Shown: positions 39,171 through 47,766 of the stretch, one piece after another | How positions within the stretch are numbered: position 1 is the first letter of the stretch | Layout of the letters: every line of letters starts with the position of its first letter | IMG/VR virus record: IMGVR_UViG_3300032607_000303 | Location: 16,846-80,845 of that record | Source: a virus | Strand: one strand, 5' to 3' | DNA length: 64,000 bases | Translations under genes and position numbers: made by a program | The notes under the pieces: model-generated | Told to the model about the DNA's origin: nothing | Database searches by the model: none | Seen by the model: the letters and a program-made list of their open reading frames with translations, nothing else

Positions 39171-39860
39171 TTATTGGCGTGTAGGAGCTAGATTCAGTGG
39201 CTTACGTACACGTTTAGGTTTTTCCTCAGCAATATCTTTAAGAGCCTCTTGCTCAGCTTCCCATTCTGCTTTCTGACATTCCATACGATGAATGGCACGC
39301 TCACACCACATTTCAGCATCAAGCCAAATATCCCGACCAAGAAGCATTTGTGTAATCTCTTCTTCACTCAAGAAATACTTGTATGTCTCACGAAACTTCT
39401 TGTTACGGAATTGTAGGTCGAATGCACTCTTAGCATTATACTCCGCTACCGTACCCCCTGATCCATCATAGCCTGCATGAATGAGCGAGTTGAATCCATC
39501 AGACAATTCAAACGAGTCGCATTCGAGGAGAATTTGAGAGGCCATACTATGCGCCCCACCTCCAGCTTTGATGTGAATTGGTGCCTCACATTTACGCATG
39601 CTATGAATGAAGCAATCTCCAGCATCGACTGAACCTCCTGGGCAACAAGACAAGTGTATTTCAATCTCATCATCTTCATGGGCATTATCCAACACTTGAA
39701 TAGCTGTACAGAACTGCGAGACAGACTCAATAGCAGAGTCAATTGTAATCACATACTTACCACGTTTATTAGGGAAATATGAAACATTATACTCCATAGA
39801 GTCGTTATAGTTGTGTGAGGAACGGGCATTGATTGTTTGTTTCATTACTTTGTTTTGCAT
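39171..39860 (-). CDS. ClpP-like peptidase
   Basis: CPGGSV, AHSMAS (Ser), LIHA (His), DIWLDAE. Confidence 0.8.
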   Translation of the reverse strand: MQNKVMKQTINARSSHNYNDSMEYNVSYFPNKRGKYVITIDSAIESVSQFCTAIQVLDNAHEDDEIEIHLSCCPGGSVDAGDCFIHSMRKCEAPIHIKAGGGAHSMASQILLECDSFELSDGFNSLIHAGYDGSGGTVAEYNAKSAFDLQFRNKKFRETYKYFLSEEEITQMLLGRDIWLDAEMWCERAIHRMECQKAEWEAEQEALKDIAEEKPKRVRKPLNLAPTRQ

Positions 39861-39867
39861 ATGTTCC

Positions 39868-40665
39868 TTAGTTGTTATTGTAGTACATTTTAACAAGAGC
39901 ACGAGTTAGACCGCTTCTAATTACATCATCAGGGGTGAATCTAACAACACCAATATTACTGTTAATCTCTTCCAAGTCTTCATCAAGCAAATATCGTGGT
40001 TGCTCTTGTTTCATACGGTCAAGCAAGTCGAGAGTTTCCTCAATACCGCTAAGGCCACGCAAGTCGTGCTGTTTCTGATCCCCTGTGAAAATAATCTGAG
40101 CACCTTGACCCATACGTGTCAGCACCATTTCAAATTCATCCTTAGTGAAGTTTTGTGATTCCTCACTAATGCAGATGCAGCCCTCTAGTGACATGCCACG
40201 CATATATTCAGCAGGAAGCATGACAACAATCTCTTTCTCCAAACAATACTTTAGATAACCACTACCCATAAACTTAGCAAGATGCGCGAGAGTTTGTGCA
40301 AAGAAAGGAGTCATCTTTTCAGAGATTGTTCCGGGAAGCAGACCAATGCTTTTACCAACACTGACAGCAGGACGGACAAGATATACTTTCTCAATCTTCT
40401 TAGCCTTCAGTTGTGTAGCAGCATGATAGGCAGCAATCATACTCTTACCAACACCTGCACTTCCTGCTAGAAAGATTACACTGCGACCCTCTTTAAGCAT
40501 AGACAGGGCAAGTTTCTGATTATTATTCTTAGCCTCAAATCTTGGAGTTGTTGCTTGCTGTACCTCTACCTCATGTGCCACCTCTAAAAATTTGGCTTTA
40601 GTCTGAGGACGATCTTCACCGTCTTTACCATTGCGGCGAGTTACATGTGCTTTCTGACGAGTCAT
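39868..40665 (-). CDS. phoH: PhoH-like ATPase
   Basis: GSAGVGKS, RPAV, GLLPG, YMRG, EESQN, LTRMG, GD..Q.D, VIRS. Confidence 0.93.
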   Translation of the reverse strand: MTRQKAHVTRRNGKDGEDRPQTKAKFLEVAHEVEVQQATTPRFEAKNNNQKLALSMLKEGRSVIFLAGSAGVGKSMIAAYHAATQLKAKKIEKVYLVRPAVSVGKSIGLLPGTISEKMTPFFAQTLAHLAKFMGSGYLKYCLEKEIVVMLPAEYMRGMSLEGCICISEESQNFTKDEFEMVLTRMGQGAQIIFTGDQKQHDLRGLSGIEETLDLLDRMKQEQPRYLLDEDLEEINSNIGVVRFTPDDVIRSGLTRALVKMYYNNN

Positions 40666-40696
40666 ACTATTCCTCTTTAATTTGCTAATAGTTATA

Positions 40697-40918
40697 TTAA
40701 TTTACAGATTTAGGTCGTCCAGCAAGTTTCTTAACAGGTTGCATAAATACGGAGTCATGAGCCTCGCCACTTTCAGCTTTACACATACCAATCGAGAACA
40801 ATGTGTAGAAAATAGAAAACTCCTCATTCTCGTCAATAACGTATCCGTCCTGTGCAGCCTTTACAACTTCGTGCATGAATTGCATTGGGTTGTTTGATGC
40901 TATTTGTTTCTTATGCAT
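40697..40918 (-). CDS. Hypothetical protein
   Basis: AGGAG SD, GRP tail. Confidence 0.6.
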   Translation of the reverse strand: MHKKQIASNNPMQFMHEVVKAAQDGYVIDENEEFSIFYTLFSIGMCKAESGEAHDSVFMQPVKKLAGRPKSVN

Positions 40919-41014
40919 GTTACTCTCCTTTATAAGTTGATATTAAAGATTCGTGCTCGTCATTAAGTTGTTCTTCCATTTCATAATCCAGTAGCCATTC
41001 TTCTAGGTATTCCA

Positions 41015-41239
41015 TCAGACTTTCCCTCCTGTAAGCAAAACTAACAACGGATTTAGATATCGTTCTTGCGTCATATGAAGGTCTTCCATAACAGCATTGT
41101 GAGCAACATCAATATTCAATGCATCAACATACACACAACGTAGAATAGGCTTAGGCTTCTTAGCGTCCTTAGAAGGTACACGGTAGTAGACATGACAACC
41201 TGTTGGTTGCTTAGCTTCTGTTGTATATGTAACACCCAT
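41015..41239 (-). CDS. Hypothetical protein
   Basis: AGGAG SD. Confidence 0.55.
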   Translation of the reverse strand: MGVTYTTEAKQPTGCHVYYRVPSKDAKKPKPILRCVYVDALNIDVAHNAVMEDLHMTQERYLNPLLVLLTGGKV

Positions 41240-41362
41240 TACCTAATTCTCCTAACACTATACCCTATAACTATGTAAATTGCATCAAACGCATAAACTA
41301 TATTTCTGCCCGTAACTGTGTGGATCATAATTATAGTAAACCATTTAATCCTGTTAATCATG

Positions 41363-41554
41363 TCATGGCCATCCATCTGAGTAGAATGATATCACACGCT
41401 TAAAAGCTTTCAAATCCTTTGCGTGAATTTTAATATCGTGTTGTGTAATATCTGAAAACTGGTATTTATGAAGTGTCTCTAATTCCTGTGTAAGAACGTC
41501 TAGTGTGATGTTCAAACATGTTTCGTTGCAGAGGCTAATTGTACGTGTATTCAT
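41363..41554 (-). CDS. Hypothetical protein
   Basis: AGGAG SD. Confidence 0.55.
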   Translation of the reverse strand: MNTRTISLCNETCLNITLDVLTQELETLHKYQFSDITQHDIKIHAKDLKAFKRVISFYSDGWP

Positions 41555-41580
41555 ATCTCTCCTTGTTGTATATGTTTATA

Positions 41581-41853
41581 TTACTTAATACGTTTCTTGC
41601 TGTCAAGTTTGTTTTGCTTATCTTTCATGGCTGCTAGGAAAGATTGCTGAGGGTTTTGTTGAGCGATTGCTTTCAAATCTACACAAACCAATTCGTCTAA
41701 ACACCACTCAGCATACCATTTTGAACATGATGCACTTACAACACCATTGTCATACACTACTTCAATAATTCCAGCATTGTGAAGATATAATAGTTTTTCC
41801 GTTAGAAACTTCCTTGGGTGACTATTTCCAACTACTAATATTTGTGGCTTCAT
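41581..41853 (-). CDS. Hypothetical protein
   Basis: GGGAG SD, first gene of the leftward block. Confidence 0.55.
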   Translation of the reverse strand: MKPQILVVGNSHPRKFLTEKLLYLHNAGIIEVVYDNGVVSASCSKWYAEWCLDELVCVDLKAIAQQNPQQSFLAAMKDKQNKLDSKKRIK

Positions 41854-42156
41854 ACCATCTCCCTTTAACTTGTTTCTAGTATGACAGTATAATTCTGTGT
41901 GTCAACAATTAATTTTAAATACTTCCAGTCTATATGAAAGAAGCCTAACAACACTCTCAAGGCTTTGTAGGCTCATGGAATATTGTTAGGCTTCTTAGTG
42001 TCTATTGTTCAAGACCTGCGTAGTGTAGCACATTTGATGTGGTTGTCAAGGGCTTGCATAATCTGGAAGTATGTGTTACAGTGTCAAACAAGTTACCTAG
42101 TAGGGAACCCTTCTATAGACGATTAAGTTTCTCATTTTAGCCAAAAGTGGCATTTT

Positions 42157-42390
42157 GGGACAAACTTTGTCCCATTCACAGGAGATAGTATGGTTTTAGA
42201 GTATGAAGACGTAGTAGTATCTAAGTGGTTAGAGTCTCTTGACAAGGAAATTCTACAAGGTTGGGAGGACTACTATATAGATGACAACGCTGAGTGGTAT
42301 TACGATTAGTCACTTAGGAGTAGACCCGTTTATAGAGGATTGAGTTTTTAAATATTGCCAGTATGCCCTAAACGGGACAAACTTTGTCCC
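42157..42390. promoter_or_regulatory. Two identical 17-bp palindromes (candidate operators)
   Basis: GGGACAAACTTTGTCCC at 42157-42173 and 42374-42390. Confidence 0.65.
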
Positions 42391-42405
42391 AAACACAAGG
42401 AATAC

Positions 42406-43467
42406 ATGATTACAATAACACAAATCATCAAACAAATGGAAGACTCTGAAGTAGACATATCAGACCTTACACCTATGCAGCTACAATCTTATAGGAACCA
42501 ACTCAAGCGTTTAGAAGGTATGTGCGGAGCTAAGATGGCTGAGACTTCTACGAAAGATCACTCTTACAATGATGAAGATGTATGTAAGTACATTGATACT
42601 ATCTTGGATAGAGGTTTTAACCTTGAGACAACAGCACTAGGCGACTTCCCCAACTTCATAGATGCACAGAGGCTCCGTAGATGGACAACAATGATTGCCG
42701 AAAGAGTTGCAGCCTCTGAGTTTAGTGCAAAGAAGTTCAGGGTTCACAGCCTCCGATTGTTGCGAAGTAATATAGCAGCATCCAAGAATCTGCACGACTT
42801 ACGGCAGGCTGTAAACTTGATGATTAGCCCTCTGGAGTTATGGAGAGATCACCTTACTACCTGTGACAAGTATAGTGAGAAGAACCAGAAGGCTGAGACA
42901 ACAGAGCAAACTAAGTATGTAGATGCAATACTGAAACGACTTGAGAAATCCGAGAGTTTGTGCAAAGAAAGTAAGCGGGTACTAGACGAGATTATGGGGT
43001 ACTACGATGAGGGTATGGGCGACATATCCCTTCTGCGCAATTGTGAGAACGCTAAGAAATCACAAGGGTTGAGTGATGAACAGGCAGCTAGTTTATTTGG
43101 CATCAATCGTAAAGCACTCCAACGACTACGTAAAAACATCGTGCTGGCACCTGTCGAGGATGTCTCTTACAAAGAACCTAGCAAGGCATATTGGGATGAC
43201 ATGGCAGCAGTGCAGAAAAAGACTAAGGAGGCTTTCTACAAGAAGAAAGGGATGGCTACTACATTTGCAGTAGGTCAAGTTTGGTTGTTGCAAGGACACA
43301 ACGTAGGGACACTTATGGAAGTAAATGAGTTGGATAACCCTTCGACAGTTGTGTACAAGGATTCCTTCGGAGTGCTCGTAAAGTGTAACGAAACTGGTGA
43401 AAGTTTGGACGGTATTTCTCCTTCATTGTTGGCTATCTTTCCAAAGAACCTTAACACAAAGTACTGA
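42406..43467 (+). CDS. Hypothetical protein with HTH-like segment
   Basis: ATG after AAGGA; SDEQAASLFGINRKALQRLRK. Confidence 0.7.
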   Translation: MITITQIIKQMEDSEVDISDLTPMQLQSYRNQLKRLEGMCGAKMAETSTKDHSYNDEDVCKYIDTILDRGFNLETTALGDFPNFIDAQRLRRWTTMIAERVAASEFSAKKFRVHSLRLLRSNIAASKNLHDLRQAVNLMISPLELWRDHLTTCDKYSEKNQKAETTEQTKYVDAILKRLEKSESLCKESKRVLDEIMGYYDEGMGDISLLRNCENAKKSQGLSDEQAASLFGINRKALQRLRKNIVLAPVEDVSYKEPSKAYWDDMAAVQKKTKEAFYKKKGMATTFAVGQVWLLQGHNVGTLMEVNELDNPSTVVYKDSFGVLVKCNETGESLDGISPSLLAIFPKNLNTKY

Positions 43468-43493
43468 AATAATCAGATGTATTTTGCTAACGC

Positions 43494-43522
43494 TTGACAA
43501 AAGTGTTAGTTCAGTGTATTAT
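43494..43522 (+). promoter_or_regulatory. Sigma70 promoter for the tRNA/terminase block
   Basis: TTGACA-17-TATTAT. Confidence 0.7.
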
Positions 43523-43554
43523 GCTCTCAATTAAAGAACAGGTAGGAGAACACT

Positions 43555-43881
43555 TTGGGGGCGCAGCTACTAATTCCAACAGAAATAAGTTTTAATCGTA
43601 GACAAGCACATCCGTTACAAAAGACTAGCAAGGCTCTCAGTAAGGAAGTTGAAGCCATCATTGAGAAGTTACTGAAGCTTTGTAACAGCCAAGATGAAAA
43701 GACATCTGAGCGTGCATGTAGTAAGTTGCTAGACTATCACATTGAGATGATTTCAGCAATTGAGAAAGACGAGATCACAAGAAAGCTACTCAGCATCAAG
43801 CATGGTAATGGTAGCAGAGATTTGGAAGAGTCTGACAGTATGCCTATGATTGATTTCAATAGCATACAGAATATCGAGTAA
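43555..43881 (+). CDS. Hypothetical protein, possibly terminase small subunit
   Basis: Helical 108-aa ORF, AGGAG SD, upstream of the large terminase; function inferred from position only. Confidence 0.5.
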   Translation: MGAQLLIPTEISFNRRQAHPLQKTSKALSKEVEAIIEKLLKLCNSQDEKTSERACSKLLDYHIEMISAIEKDEITRKLLSIKHGNGSRDLEESDSMPMIDFNSIQNIE

Positions 43882-43994
43882 GAATGTTGTAGTAAAGTCT
43901 CCGAAGGTCGCTACCTGAAGGTTGATAATCGTACCTTACAAATGCGGTGAGGGAAATGTACATATGAGGGTAAAAGTCCTAGCATATTAACAAA

Positions 43995-44071
43995 GCGCCC
44001 TTGGTGAAATTGGTAAACACAGCGGTCTTAGAAGCCGTAAGCTGAAAGTTCGAGTCTTTCAGGGCGCACCA
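43995..44071 (+). tRNA. tRNA-Leu(TAG) with short variable loop
   Basis: GCGCCCT/AGGGCGC-A-CCA, loop CTTAGAA, TTCGAGT. Confidence 0.9.
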
Positions 44072-44097
44072 AACAAGCTGGATAGACAGCTAACACC

Positions 44098-44172
44098 GCC
44101 TTTATAGTTCAGTGATAGAATACGCCCTTTGTACGGGTGAGACGACAGTTTGATTCTAGTCTAGAGGCACCA
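44098..44172 (+). tRNA. tRNA-Thr(TGT), divergent
   Basis: GCCTTTA/TAGAGGC-A-CCA, loop TTTGTAC; D-loop lacks GG, T-loop TTTGATT, bulged T-stem. Confidence 0.65.
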
Positions 44173-44255
44173 CCAATGTAAGCGAATCGGGTTGCAACCC
44201 TTGGGACACTGTGTTGTCTCTAGCTTACACCTATATTAATCCGCACAGGGATAAA

Positions 44256-45011
44256 ATGAAAATAGCAACAAAAGAAAGCGTAATCGCATCTATACTTAGG
44301 TTTGTAACAGAAAATAGTAGGTACCCAACTAAGACAGATTGTAGGGATACTGACTGGTTATACAGTGCGCAAACAAATCGGCGTGTAGTAGGTTCTGTGC
44401 AAGAGATGAATATACTCTCTGATTTTCTTCTTAGCAACCCACTACCAGATAACCCTAAAAGATTTTGCAAGCAATGTGGCAAGGAAATAGACAATAAAGC
44501 AAGGGTATTTTGTAGTAGGTCGTGCTCTGCGAAGTTCAATAATAATACAGAGAAAAAGATAAAGTCAACTCAGAAGATTGAAGTAATTGATAAAGTCCGT
44601 GTTGTAAAAGAAGTTGTTGACCTCGGAAACTGCGTACATTGCAGTAATAAATTGACAGCTAGGAATACGGTATTTTGTTCTACTGCTTGTGCGTCAGATC
44701 ACAGATTAGCACATAGTATTCAAAATTGGTTAAGCAGTGGTAAAGTCCATAATGGAAACCAAGCTATCCGCAGCTATTTAAAACTCTTAGTGGGGGATAG
44801 CTGCTCTGTTTGTGGTATCTTAGAACATAACGGTAAACCTATAACCTTTGAAGTTGACCACATCAGTGGCGACAGTACGGACGATAGATATGAAAATGTC
44901 TGTCTTATTTGTCCAAATTGCCACTCTCAAACAGACACCTACAAAGGTAGAAACAGAGGTAACGGAAGGCACTCAAGGGCGCAGCGTTATCGTGAAGGAA
45001 AGAGTTATTAA
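44256..45011 (+). CDS. Zn-finger HNH endonuclease in the tRNA cluster
   Basis: Two CxxC..FCSxxC fingers, CSVC...EVDHISGD...N..LICPNCHSQT. Confidence 0.88.
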   Translation: MKIATKESVIASILRFVTENSRYPTKTDCRDTDWLYSAQTNRRVVGSVQEMNILSDFLLSNPLPDNPKRFCKQCGKEIDNKARVFCSRSCSAKFNNNTEKKIKSTQKIEVIDKVRVVKEVVDLGNCVHCSNKLTARNTVFCSTACASDHRLAHSIQNWLSSGKVHNGNQAIRSYLKLLVGDSCSVCGILEHNGKPITFEVDHISGDSTDDRYENVCLICPNCHSQTDTYKGRNRGNGRHSRAQRYREGKSY

Positions 45012-45021
45012 ATAGAAGTAA

Positions 45022-45304
45022 AGACCTCTCCCGACTCATTTCCACATGAATATCGGTGAAGTCTCTTTAGAGCCTTTACAGAACCTGCTCCCTAGTGTGA
45101 GTCAGCCTCTCCTCTGCGTCTAAGTTGTAGCAGGTTCTGTAAGTGTTTTAAAGAATTTACATAACTTTGTATGGACTACACGTAAGTGTGTATGTCTGCA
45201 ACGAAGGCTATGTATCTCTATTGTATGAATGTTATACAGTAGCCAAGAGGTGAGGCTCACGACATGGTGAGTAAGTTATCCAGCATGGAAGTGTGGCGTG
45301 GATA
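45022..45304 (+). ncRNA. Candidate structured non-coding RNA
   Basis: Six consecutive hairpins with G-U pairs, a 14-bp perfect stem, GNRA loops and a possible long-range pairing; no credible ORF. Confidence 0.55.
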
Positions 45305-45310
45305 CAGCTT

Positions 45311-45401
45311 GGAAAATTGGCTGAGTGGCTGAAGGCGTCGGTCTTGAAAACCGAAGAACGTTCATAGCGTTTCGTGAGTTCGACTCTCACATTTTCCTCC
45401 A
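45311..45401 (+). tRNA. tRNA-Ser(TGA)
   Basis: GGAAAAT/ATTTTCC-T-CCA, loop CTTGAAA, long variable arm. Confidence 0.92.
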
Positions 45402-45556
45402 AGATTATTTTGTAATAGGCTCGACCATCCGAGAGGATGTGTCGGGCTGTAGTTTCTTTAGTAAGTATTCTTAATAGAGTGCATTGGTTGTGTCCCTCCA
45501 AGGCTTCCTGTGCATTCTGTTAAGAAGATTTATTAACTTCCCTTGGAGGGAATTGT

Positions 45557-46255
45557 ATGACAGAAGTAAAGGTAGGAATGAAATTCACCAAGTTAACCGT
45601 AGTTGCTCCAGCAGGTAAGAGTAAATGGTTATGTTCATGTGACTGCGGAAACGAGAAAGTACTCTGTTCATCAATGCTGACATCTAACCATAATAAAAGT
45701 TGTGGTTGCTCTGTAGATAGACATGGTATGCGTTACCATCGCGCTTACAAGAGTTGGCTCCACATGAAACAGCGTTGCACTAATCCAGAAAACCTAGATT
45801 ACCCTAATTACGGTGGTCGTGGTATTACAGTACATGAAGATTTTGCTAAATCGTTTCCAGTATGGCTTGCAGCAATTGGTGAGCGACCAGAAGGCCGTTA
45901 CAGCATCGGACGTATTGACAATAATCTTGGTTATACTTACGGAAATATTCGATGGGAAGATGATGAACAACAATCTCGTAACCATTGCAAATCCGTAACA
46001 AATAAGACTGGGATTGTTGGAGTTGTCTATCGAGAGCGAAACATAAATGGAGGAATTTACTGCATTTGGGTAGCTCAATGGGCCAACGAAACTAATAAAA
46101 AGAAATCAAAAGACTTTAGTTGTAATAAGTATGGTTACGATGTAGCCAAGCAACTTGCTATTGATTATCGAAATAAAATGATGGTAGAGCTAAACATCCG
46201 AGGATTTGATTACGCAGAATCTCACGGTAGTGTAAAGGAGATTTTGAATGGCTAA
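45557..46255 (+). CDS. HNH-like homing endonuclease with AP2-like C-terminus
   Basis: W.C.CDCG, SCGC, MKQRC.N...YGGRGI, SIGRIDNN.GY..GNIRW, TGIVGV. Confidence 0.85.
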   Translation: MTEVKVGMKFTKLTVVAPAGKSKWLCSCDCGNEKVLCSSMLTSNHNKSCGCSVDRHGMRYHRAYKSWLHMKQRCTNPENLDYPNYGGRGITVHEDFAKSFPVWLAAIGERPEGRYSIGRIDNNLGYTYGNIRWEDDEQQSRNHCKSVTNKTGIVGVVYRERNINGGIYCIWVAQWANETNKKKSKDFSCNKYGYDVAKQLAIDYRNKMMVELNIRGFDYAESHGSVKEILNG

Positions 46256-47696
46256 AGATATACGCTTGTCCTTTGGGCCAGCAAGTTTAAAACAGCAAAT
46301 GGTCTTACAAGATATGGAGACTGATTTGCTGGTCGTTGGCGGAGGCAATGGCGGGGGCAAGAGCCACATGGCGTTAGTAAAGGCTCTGAAGTATGTACAA
46401 GACCCTAATGCTGTTGTGCTGATCGTTCGCCTCAGTTACCCGCTTCTCAAAAGTGCGGGTGGCTTAGTAAGTGAATCAAAGCATATTTACAGCCACTTCA
46501 AAGCCACTTGGAAAGAACAGAAACTTGAGTGGCATTTCCCTAACGGTGCCCTCATTAAATTTTATGCAATGCCACAGGATTTGACACAACTTCAAGGCCA
46601 ACAATACAGTAACATCATTGTGGATGAGGCAGCAGAGTTTACCCTTGCAGATATTCTTGCCCTACGTGCCCGCCTTCGGGCGGTTCGCTATAAGGGTAAG
46701 TTGAACATGATGGCGACCTGTAATCCGTCTAGGAGTAGCTGGTTATTTGACTTTGTTTCCTATTCACTTGATGAAGACGGTGTTCCACTAGCAGGTACAG
46801 AGGATATAACTAGGTGGTTTGTTATTTTGGCAGGAAAAATATTCTGGGGTAATTCTAGGGAAGATTTGTTTGAGCGTCATGGACAAGGGTATGTTCTTGG
46901 TGGTGACTTTAGGCCACTAAGTTTTCGTTTTATTCCTATGGATATCTACTCTAACCCAATCCTTCTAAAGAATAATCCTGCCTACCTTGCAGACCTTCTA
47001 GCGCAGAGCCGAGTAAATCAGTTACGCTTTCTAAAAGGTAGCTGGACGGCAGTGACTGAAGGTAATTCGTATATTCGTAGGGAGTGGTTCAATTTTGTAT
47101 CTTTCCCACCCTCAGAGGTAACAAACAGAGGTCGTGGATGGGATACTGCTGCGTCAGTTGTATCTGAATCAAATCCACACTGTGATGCGACAGCAGGTGT
47201 CTTAATGTCTCGTGATAAAATGGGACATTACTATATAGAAGATTGTAACACATTTAGGAAACTAACGGATGGAGTTCTGCGGGAGATCACCAATACAGCA
47301 CACAATGACGGATTAGACGTCCCTATACTACTTGAGCGGGATACAGGTGCGGGTGGCAAAATTGCTAACGTGTATTTTACTAAGTATCTATCCGAGCAAG
47401 GATGTATTGTACGGTCAACTCAGATGAGTGGTCACAGTAGTAAGATTAATCGAATATTACCTTTTGCACAAATGGTAGAAGCAAGGGCAGTTAGTATTGT
47501 TCGCTATGGTGACTCTAGGGACGAATGGATTGAACCTTACCTAACAGAGCTTGAGAGTTTTGATGGGGGTAGGAGAGGTCATGATGATATGGTTGATGCC
47601 ACAGGTTGTGTATTCAATTACCTTTGCAGGTCTGTACAGATACCCACATTTTTTATCCCAAGCCTAACCCAAGCATCACCCATACCAGTAATATAA
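46248..47696 (+). CDS. terL: Terminase large subunit
   Basis: GGGNGGGKS Walker A, IIVDEA Walker B, ATCNP, WDTA, HDDMVDA. Confidence 0.93.
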   Translation: MAKDIRLSFGPASLKQQMVLQDMETDLLVVGGGNGGGKSHMALVKALKYVQDPNAVVLIVRLSYPLLKSAGGLVSESKHIYSHFKATWKEQKLEWHFPNGALIKFYAMPQDLTQLQGQQYSNIIVDEAAEFTLADILALRARLRAVRYKGKLNMMATCNPSRSSWLFDFVSYSLDEDGVPLAGTEDITRWFVILAGKIFWGNSREDLFERHGQGYVLGGDFRPLSFRFIPMDIYSNPILLKNNPAYLADLLAQSRVNQLRFLKGSWTAVTEGNSYIRREWFNFVSFPPSEVTNRGRGWDTAASVVSESNPHCDATAGVLMSRDKMGHYYIEDCNTFRKLTDGVLREITNTAHNDGLDVPILLERDTGAGGKIANVYFTKYLSEQGCIVRSTQMSGHSSKINRILPFAQMVEARAVSIVRYGDSRDEWIEPYLTELESFDGGRRGHDDMVDATGCVFNYLCRSVQIPTFFIPSLTQASPIPVI

Positions 47697-47715
47697 CCTT
47701 AGCAAATAGTAACGC

Positions 47716-47744
47716 TTGACATCAAGCAACATTTGTGATACAAT
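47716..47744 (+). promoter_or_regulatory. Sigma70 promoter
   Basis: TTGACA-17-TACAAT with extended TG. Confidence 0.75.
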
Positions 47745-47766
47745 ACGCGCTAATTAAAGGAGAGAT

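Noticed and set aside
45022-45304. RNase P RNA or tmRNA
   Set aside because: No GAGGAAAGTCC-type conserved region, tRNA-like ends or tag reading frame
44173-45310. Group I intron carrying the HNH ORF
   Set aside because: No interrupted gene (flanking tRNAs are complete) and no recognisable P7/J8-7 pair; the GACTA at about 45175 is part of a local hairpin
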